Of a stretch of DNA of 64,000 nucleotides, positions 14,967 to 21,055 are shown in pieces. Source of the stretch: Candidatus Staskawiczbacteria bacterium RIFOXYB1_FULL_37_44 (lineage in GTDB: Bacteria > Patescibacteriota > Minisyncoccia > Minisyncoccales > Staskawiczbacteraceae); contig MHPJ01000001.1 of the NCBI GenBank assembly GCA_001822065.1, positions 6,870-70,869 of the forward strand, read 5' to 3'. The translations under genes and the position numbers were made by a program. The number at the start of each line of letters is the position of its first letter. The first letter of the stretch is position 1. The notes under the pieces are model-generated. The model did no database searches. It was not told the DNA's origin and saw only the letters and a list, made by a program, of their open reading frames with translations.

Positions 14967-16064
14967 ATGGATTTGGAAAATTTGGAAAAAATTTTAGAAA
15001 ATGAGCCGGATTTTCGCTTGAAACAAGCGAATGAAGCGGTTTTTAAAAAATACATTTCCGATTGGAGTGATGCGACTTTTTTTACAAAAGAATTAAGGGA
15101 AAAATTAAACAAAGAATGCCCGCTGGAAATTTTGGCGGAGACATTATTTTCAAAAAATCAAAAAACAAATAATACCCATATTTTAACGACCGTTAAAAAC
15201 GGAGTATCGGGGGCAGATAGTGTGAAGGCTAAAATTACTTTAAAAGATGGTTTGGAAATAGAAACGGTTTTAATGCGCCACGAGGACGGAAGAAATACTG
15301 TTTGTGTTTCTTCTCAAGTTGGATGCCCGCTGGGATGTTTGTTTTGCGCCACAGGAAAAATGGGATTTAAGCGAAATTTGTCGGTTAATGAAATTTTAGA
15401 GCAGGCGATTTTTTTCAATCGCTATTTGAAAAAAATCGCCCTGAGCGAAGTCGAAGGGTCTTCCTTCGGCGTAACCAATGTTACTTTTATGGGAATGGGC
15501 GAGCCGTTTTTGAATTATGAAAATGTTCTAAAGGCAATAAGAATTTTAAACGATAAAAATTATTTCAACATCGGAGTAAGGTCAATTTCTGTTTCAACGG
15601 CCGGCATTGTTGAGGGAATTGAAAAATTTTTAAAAGAAGGTTTGCAGTTGAACTTGGCAATTTCTCTGCACGCGCCAAACAATAAATTGCGAACAGAGTT
15701 AATGCCGATAAGCAAAAAATATAGTTTAGAAAAAGTTTTGAGCGCCGTAGATAATTATATTTTAGCTACAAAAAGAAAAGTAATGTTTGAATATGTTTTA
15801 ATAAAAGACGTAAACGATTCAAAAGAATGCGCCGAAGAATTAGCAAAATTAATGCATAATCCTTCGACTCCGCTCAGGACAAGAAAATTATATTTTGTGA
15901 ACTTAATTTTGTATAATGCAACTGGCACTTTTAAACCATCAACACCTCAACGAGTTGAGGTGTTTAAAAAAATTCTCAAAAAATCCGGAGTCAATTTTGT
16001 CCAGCGCTATCGCTTTGGCGATGATATAAAAGCTGCTTGCGGGCAATTCGCAACATCTAAATAA
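14967..16064 (+). CDS. rlmN: 23S rRNA/tRNA adenine-C2 methyltransferase RlmN (radical SAM)
   Basis: 'CVSSQVGCPLGCLFCATG', 'FMGMGEPF', C-terminal 'AACGQ'. Carries two GC-rich in-frame inserts. Confidence 0.9.
   Translation: MDLENLEKILENEPDFRLKQANEAVFKKYISDWSDATFFTKELREKLNKECPLEILAETLFSKNQKTNNTHILTTVKNGVSGADSVKAKITLKDGLEIETVLMRHEDGRNTVCVSSQVGCPLGCLFCATGKMGFKRNLSVNEILEQAIFFNRYLKKIALSEVEGSSFGVTNVTFMGMGEPFLNYENVLKAIRILNDKNYFNIGVRSISVSTAGIVEGIEKFLKEGLQLNLAISLHAPNNKLRTELMPISKKYSLEKVLSAVDNYILATKRKVMFEYVLIKDVNDSKECAEELAKLMHNPSTPLRTRKLYFVNLILYNATGTFKPSTPQRVEVFKKILKKSGVNFVQRYRFGDDIKAACGQFATSK
15861..15883. repeat. 'ccttcg..gctcaggacaa' repeat copy inside rlmN
   Basis: ccttcgactccgctcaggacaag, read as 'PSTPLRTR'. 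Confidence 0.7.
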
Positions 16065-16159
16065 TCGTGCTATAATTATAAAACGTATTTTTTATTAAAG
16101 AGGCAAAAAGCACTTTGACTTTTTATTTATTTTTTGATAGTTTTATTGAATAAAAAACT

Positions 16160-16672
16160 ATGGAAGATAAAGAAGATAAAATTGTTAAGCTGACAAACGC
16201 GGTTTATAATTTACTGGAATTTTTTCCCCAAGATCCATTAAAAATAAAGATAAAAGATAAGGCTTTGGCAATTTTGGAAAACCCAAATTTTAAAGATGTT
16301 GATATTATTTTGAATTATTTGAAAATTGCAAAATTTCAAGGCTGGCTGAATTCGGTAAATTATTTAATTATTGTTGGAGAGTATGAAAAACTGGCGGTGG
16401 GGCTTCGTCATTGCGAGGAGCGTAGCGACGAAGCAATCCAGAGTGTTAGACTCGCTCGCAATGACGGGGACAAACTTACTCCAAGGCAAACCAAAATTCT
16501 GGAATTTTTAAGAAAAAATAAAAAAGCGCAGGTTATGGACTTACAGGTGGTTTTGCCAAACATCACAAAAAGGACAATAAGGCGGGATTTAGATGAACTT
16601 TTGAAGATAGGACAAATTGAGAGAGATGGGACATTTAATCAAATTGTTTACAAGATTAAGGTGTCCTATTGA
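16160..16672 (+). CDS. Two-domain protein: helical N-domain plus DeoR-type wHTH
   Basis: 'LTPRQTKILEFLRKNKKAQVMDLQVVLPNITKRTIRRDLDELLKIGQIERDG'. The interdomain linker is formed by a GC-rich palindromic insert. Confidence 0.6.
   Translation: MEDKEDKIVKLTNAVYNLLEFFPQDPLKIKIKDKALAILENPNFKDVDIILNYLKIAKFQGWLNSVNYLIIVGEYEKLAVGLRHCEERSDEAIQSVRLARNDGDKLTPRQTKILEFLRKNKKAQVMDLQVVLPNITKRTIRRDLDELLKIGQIERDGTFNQIVYKIKVSY
16406..16466. repeat. MITE-like GC-rich element with 12-bp terminal inverted repeats (cgtcattgcgag ... ctcgcaatgacg), in frame in a CDS
   Basis: The arms at 16406-16417 and 16455-16466 are exact reverse complements. Encodes 'RHCEERSDEAIQSVRLARNDG'. Confidence 0.85.
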
Positions 16673-16710
16673 CTTAATAACGTTTTTAGTATAAAATATA
16701 GAGATAAGCG

Positions 16711-17217
16711 ATGAGTAATTTGAACGAACAATTCGGCGAAATTTATGACCAGTATATTGAGAAAATATACCGTTTTGTTTACTTAAAGGTTAATTCCCAA
16801 GAAATAGCCGAGGATATTACTTCTAAAGTGTTTTTGAAGGGCTGGGAAGCGTTCCAGAGCCCTAAGGAAGAGATTAAAAATCAGGGTGCGTTTTTATACC
16901 AAATAGCCAGAAACGCTGTTGTAGACCATTATAGAGACAAAGGGAGGGCAAAGATGGTTGCAGTTGATGCCAGCTGGGAAATGGCTGACCCTGGGACAAG
17001 CGCTTATGATAAGGCTATTTTAAACGCAGATGTAAACATTGTTAAGGCAGGCATACAAAAGCTAAAAAAAGAACAGCAGGACATAATAATTTGGCATTAT
17101 TTGGAGGATATGCCAATACCGGAAATAGCTGAATTATTAGGCAAGCCGGCTGGCACAGTGCGAGTTATGCTTCACCGAGGTTTAAAAGACCTAAAAGACA
17201 TAGTTCAGGAGTCATAA
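16711..17217 (+). CDS. ECF-type sigma-70 family sigma factor (second copy)
   Basis: 'IAEDITSKVFLKGWE' (region 2). 'MPIPEIAELLGKPAGTVRVMLHRGLKDLK' (region 4). Confidence 0.85.
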   Translation: MSNLNEQFGEIYDQYIEKIYRFVYLKVNSQEIAEDITSKVFLKGWEAFQSPKEEIKNQGAFLYQIARNAVVDHYRDKGRAKMVAVDASWEMADPGTSAYDKAILNADVNIVKAGIQKLKKEQQDIIIWHYLEDMPIPEIAELLGKPAGTVRVMLHRGLKDLKDIVQES

Positions 17218-17232
17218 TAACGCTCGGCAACT

Positions 17233-17303
17233 GTCATCTCCGCGAAAGCGGAGATCCAGAGTAAGTGCATTTGACCATGGATTCCCGCTTTCGCGGGAAT
17301 GAC
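17233..17303. repeat. Intergenic GC-rich element made of two inverted self-hairpin arms
   Basis: gtcatctccgcgaaagcggagatcca (17233-17258) and tggattcccgctttcgcgggaatgac (17278-17303). Shares the gtcat...atccagagt / ...aatgac ends with 16406-16466. Confidence 0.8.
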
Positions 17304-17359
17304 AACAAGAATTGTAACAAATAGCGAGTTTGAGCGTCATACATATATACAGCACAAAT

Positions 17360-18025
17360 ATGACCGAAATAACAGAAAAACAACTTATTTATAAACTCCA
17401 TACTTTGAAAGAAATAAAACCCAGAAAAGAATGGGCTTCTTTGCTTAAATCGCAGATATTGGCGGAGAAAAAAGAAGTTGTTTTACATCAGGCAGGATTC
17501 ACGGATTTTATCAGTGCAGTCCTTCGCTTCGGCTCAGGACAAATTTTCTCCCGAAAATTTGCTTATTCTTTTGCGGCTGTATTAATTTTAATTGCCGGAG
17601 CATTTGGATTGGCAAGGTTATTGCCATCTGGAACAGCGCCTCAAAATTCAACAGCATCATTAACACAGCAAACCAGGACGCAATCTGAAGCAGAAAAAAA
17701 AGTTGTTGCAAATCTAAGCGAAAAAATAAAAGATTTAAAACAGGCTTTAATAGTTAATCCAAAGCAAGATTCGCAAACAGTAAAAGGAATTGCAGATAGT
17801 TTAAAAACATTGGCTGATTTATCTGGGAACGATTTGGATCAAGATGTAGAAGATTTGTATAGGACATTGGTATGGAGCCAGATTTACGATTTACAGCATT
17901 CAACTTTAACAGATAAAGGGAAAAAGGTATTGTCTAAAATAGAGGGTTTAACCGATCAGGAAAAGTATACGGAAGCATTAGAGGAAATTTTATTAATAAA
18001 CAAATCCGATACGTACATAAATTAA
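17360..18025 (+). CDS. Single-pass membrane protein, putative anti-sigma partner
   Basis: Sits directly downstream of the ECF sigma gene. TM helix 'FAYSFAAVLILIAGAFGLARL'. The ATG at 17360 is preferred over the tracked TTG at 17330. Confidence 0.45.
   Translation: MTEITEKQLIYKLHTLKEIKPRKEWASLLKSQILAEKKEVVLHQAGFTDFISAVLRFGSGQIFSRKFAYSFAAVLILIAGAFGLARLLPSGTAPQNSTASLTQQTRTQSEAEKKVVANLSEKIKDLKQALIVNPKQDSQTVKGIADSLKTLADLSGNDLDQDVEDLYRTLVWSQIYDLQHSTLTDKGKKVLSKIEGLTDQEKYTEALEEILLINKSDTYIN
17521..17543. repeat. 'ccttcg..gctcaggacaa' repeat copy inside the anti-sigma-like gene
   Basis: ccttcgcttcggctcaggacaaa, read as 'LRFGSGQI', a different frame from the rlmN copy. Confidence 0.7.
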
Positions 18026-18122
18026 ACATTTGATAAATCGCTAATTCGTTGTTAGTACGTAAAACAATGAGTTAATAAGGTCGACCGATGATAAAGTAAA
18101 AAATAATAAAAATTAAATTTAC

Positions 18123-18174
18123 CCAGTTAAATAGCGCTTCGCGCTAAATTTGCGAAGCAAATTTATTTAACCGG
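18123..18174. repeat. Nested hairpin cluster upstream of the surface-protein gene
   Basis: Outer arms ccagttaaata / tatttaaccgg. Inner hairpins gcgc-ttc-gcgc (18134-18144) and taaatttgc-gaa-gcaaattta (18145-18165). Confidence 0.7.
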
Positions 18175-18193
18175 GGAACAAAAACACAAAAAA

Positions 18194-20200
18194 ATGAGTA
18201 TAAAAAGAACAATTATTACAACCGTAGTCGCTTTGGCTTTGGTTGCAACAGTTGCTCCTGCCGCAGTCCAAGCTGACCAATTGTCAGATTTGATGGCTCA
18301 GATACAAGCTTTGCAAGCTCAATTACAGGCTTTGCAAGGAGGCGCTACACCGGTTCCAACTGGTATAGTTGCTTGTTCAGGAGTAACATTTACTAGAAAT
18401 TTAACAGTTGGCTCAACAGGACAAGATGTAAAATGCTTACAGGTCCTTTTGAACACCAACGGTTATACACTTGCAGCGACAGGAGCAGGTTCACCTGGAA
18501 TGGAAACATCTTACTTTGGTCCAGCGACCTTAGGAGCTGTAAAAGCATTTCAAGTAGCCAAAGGATGGACACCTGCAAATCAGGTTGGCCCATTAACAAG
18601 AGTCGCATTAAATGCTCTTATCTCAGGAACACCGACAACGGGTTTGCCAGCAGGTTGCACATCAACATCAGGATATAGCCCAACAACAGGCGTATCTTGC
18701 GCAACAGGTGCAACAACACCTGGGACAACAACACCTGGAGCAGTTGGATTTATCTCGGTAGCCACATTGGCTGCTTCACCAGCTGATAATGCAAACATTA
18801 CAGCAACATCAAATGTTCCTGTATACGGAATTAATGTTAAAGCAATTAATTCCGATATGGATGTTAATAGCGCCAAGATCGTATTGTATACAACAAAATC
18901 AAGCGCAGTTGAACATCCAGCGACATCAATGACAAATCTTTATGCCTATGATGGAAGCACATTGTTGGGCACATTTCCAATCAATACATCTACAGTCATA
19001 AAAGAAAGCAGCACTTATTACATGATTTTGTCAGGATTCCATTTCTTGGTTCCTGCCAATACCACAAAAGCGCTTACTTTCTCAGCCGATTTTGTTTCAG
19101 GATTGGAAACAGACAGAATATTGGAGATTGCCATGTATGATACAACTGCCATTGGAGCAACCGATGGTTCAGGTGTAAACAGAACATCTGGCTTGACACC
19201 AACATTGACATCTGGAAATCCTGCAGCAAACCAAAGAACACACACCATAAACTATGATGTAGTTGGAACCTCAACAGTGGTAGCAAGCATTGCCGGTTCT
19301 ACTCCAAAAGCAAGTTCTGTTAATGTTAACCACACAGATGGAGTATCAGATGTTCCAATGGCCGTGTTTAACTTCAAATCAACAACAGGAGCTTCTCAAA
19401 TAACCGATTTGGTTATTACAGCTCAAGGAAGCGATGTAGGAGTTGAACAGATTTCTGCTGTAAAATTGTACGACGGTTCAACATTGTTGGGCTCAATAAC
19501 ATTGTCCAGCGCAGTGTCCGGAGCAACAGCAACATTTAGCGACCTTACAATTGATGTTGCAAAAGATGCTACAAAGGTTTTGACTGCAAAAGCAGACATT
19601 GAGTCAGATGTTTTGAGCGATGGGAGTGAATACATAAAATTGGTTATAGCAAATCCAAGCACAGACGTTACTTTCAACAAGCCAAACTTGGCTGCAGCAC
19701 ATCCTACTGCAACATCAGCAGTTGCCGGAAACTTTATGTATTTGTATGATAACGTAGTTGCAACATGGTCACTTGTTAGCGCAACATCCTCATACACTTA
19801 CAACGCAACAACACCATCATCGTCATACACTTCAGGTAAAATTACCTTAAAAGTCCATTCAGATGGTGGAGACACTACAGAACCAGTTGCAGCCGACATA
19901 ACAGTCACTGCTTATGTAGATGGCGTGGCAAATGGCGCAGCAGTTTCTAAGACAATTACATTGACCCCAGACAATACCTCTGACCTCATTGCAAGCGGTG
20001 AGGATACCGAGGTAGTAATTGATGTTTCTGAGCCAAGAGGAGTAACCGCATCTTCAGGTTCTTACTCTGGCACTGGCTTCGTTGACTTCAGAGTCACCAA
20101 CCTTGCTTGGGTAACAACAGATGGAACATATACATCCACTGAAACTGCTCAGACATGGGGATTGGATACATTTAAGACTCCAGCAGTAAACGCTCAGTAA
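18194..20200 (+). CDS. Secreted cell-surface protein with a peptidoglycan-binding (PG_binding_1) domain and a long Thr/Ser/Ala-rich beta-rich region
   Basis: Signal peptide '...VAPAAVQA'. Coiled 'LMAQIQALQAQLQALQ'. 'GSTGQDVKCLQVLLNTNGY...GPATLGAVKAFQ'. Cys-loop 'GCTSTSGYSPTTGVSC'. GC-richer codon usage. Confidence 0.65.
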   Translation: MSIKRTIITTVVALALVATVAPAAVQADQLSDLMAQIQALQAQLQALQGGATPVPTGIVACSGVTFTRNLTVGSTGQDVKCLQVLLNTNGYTLAATGAGSPGMETSYFGPATLGAVKAFQVAKGWTPANQVGPLTRVALNALISGTPTTGLPAGCTSTSGYSPTTGVSCATGATTPGTTTPGAVGFISVATLAASPADNANITATSNVPVYGINVKAINSDMDVNSAKIVLYTTKSSAVEHPATSMTNLYAYDGSTLLGTFPINTSTVIKESSTYYMILSGFHFLVPANTTKALTFSADFVSGLETDRILEIAMYDTTAIGATDGSGVNRTSGLTPTLTSGNPAANQRTHTINYDVVGTSTVVASIAGSTPKASSVNVNHTDGVSDVPMAVFNFKSTTGASQITDLVITAQGSDVGVEQISAVKLYDGSTLLGSITLSSAVSGATATFSDLTIDVAKDATKVLTAKADIESDVLSDGSEYIKLVIANPSTDVTFNKPNLAAAHPTATSAVAGNFMYLYDNVVATWSLVSATSSYTYNATTPSSSYTSGKITLKVHSDGGDTTEPVAADITVTAYVDGVANGAAVSKTITLTPDNTSDLIASGEDTEVVIDVSEPRGVTASSGSYSGTGFVDFRVTNLAWVTTDGTYTSTETAQTWGLDTFKTPAVNAQ

Positions 20201-20246
20201 TATTTGTTAGCCGCCTTCTTGTGAAAGGCAGACGAGCAAAGCAAAA

Positions 20247-20269
20247 AGCCACCGAAAGGTGGCTTTTTG
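20247..20269 (+). terminator. Rho-independent terminator
   Basis: agccacc-gaaa-ggtggct followed by ttttt. Confidence 0.85.
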
Positions 20270-20273
20270 TTGC

Positions 20274-20296
20274 TTGTTGAAGTCAGACTTCAACAA
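20274..20296. repeat. REP-like palindrome, left copy
   Basis: ttgttgaagtc-a-gacttcaacaa (11-bp arms). Confidence 0.9.
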
Positions 20297-20324
20297 ACTT
20301 TAAAAAGATGCTATTATAAAGATA

Positions 20325-21026
20325 ATGCGCAAAGAACCATATACAGTCGGCGATTTTATTCATGTGTATAATCGCGGAAATCGGAAACAACCAATAGTTC
20401 TTGATACAAAAGATCAGTGGCGCTTTCTTTTGATGCTCCGTTATTTTAACGATGAGCATTCTTCTTCAAATCCTCTGCGTTACCTGTTGAAGTCTGACTT
20501 CAACAGGGCTTTCGAGTGGCCGCCCGATTGGCCGGCGCACAAACCATTGGTCAATATTGTTTGTTTTACGCTTATGCCAAATCATTACCATTTAATTTTA
20601 GAAGAAATTTCAGAGGGGGGCATAACAAAATTTATGAGAAAATTTGGAACAGGAATGACAAATTATTTTAATACAAAACATAAAGAATCGGGCAGATTAT
20701 TTCAAGGGGCGTTTAAAGCAAAAAGAATTGATGCGGAGAATTATCTTTCTTATCTTACAGTATACATTCAAGTTAAAAATGTTTTTGAATTATATGCAGG
20801 CGGGATTAAAAAAGCAGTAAATAATTTTGACGATGCTTTTCGGTGGGCAGTTGAATATCCATATTCCAGTCTTGCCGATTATGCCGATAATCGAAATTCT
20901 CCAATTGTTGAAAAAAGTGTTGCAGGCGGCATGTTTTCTTCTGTTGGAGAGTATCGAAATTTTTCTAAACAGTGTATGCTGAATATGAATTTGCAGGATA
21001 AACTTGGCGATCTCGCATTTGAATAA
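20325..21026 (+). CDS. REP-associated tyrosine transposase (RAYT) / IS200-like Y1 HUH transposase
   Basis: 'HVYNRGNRKQPI', HUH motif 'MPNHYHLILEE', catalytic-Tyr region 'YLTVYIQVKN', 'EYPYSSLADY'. Confidence 0.8.
   Translation: MRKEPYTVGDFIHVYNRGNRKQPIVLDTKDQWRFLLMLRYFNDEHSSSNPLRYLLKSDFNRAFEWPPDWPAHKPLVNIVCFTLMPNHYHLILEEISEGGITKFMRKFGTGMTNYFNTKHKESGRLFQGAFKAKRIDAENYLSYLTVYIQVKNVFELYAGGIKKAVNNFDDAFRWAVEYPYSSLADYADNRNSPIVEKSVAGGMFSSVGEYRNFSKQCMLNMNLQDKLGDLAFE
20483..20507. repeat. REP-like palindrome, internal copy in opposite orientation
   Basis: cctgttgaagtc-t-gacttcaacagg (12-bp arms). Encodes 'LLKSDFNR' within the RAYT ORF. Confidence 0.9.
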
Positions 21027-21055
21027 GCTTGTTGAAGTCAGACTTCAACAAGCTT
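21025..21055. repeat. REP-like palindrome, right copy (15-bp arms)
   Basis: aagcttgttgaagtc-a-gacttcaacaagctt. Sits between the convergent stops of the RAYT gene and the O-antigen-ligase-like gene. Confidence 0.9.

Larger units (their letters stand above)
20272..21055 (+). mobile_element. REPtron-like unit: a RAYT gene bracketed by REP-like palindromes
   Basis: gcttgttgaagtcagacttcaacaa occurs on both sides, and a third inverted copy lies inside the CDS. Confidence 0.7.

Noticed and set aside
18393-19797. Multiple overlapping ORFs on both strands inside 18194-20200.
   Set aside because: This gene's GC-richer, stop-poor composition produces long alternative frames. Only the 668-aa frame has a signal peptide, a PG-binding domain, an RBS context and a terminator.
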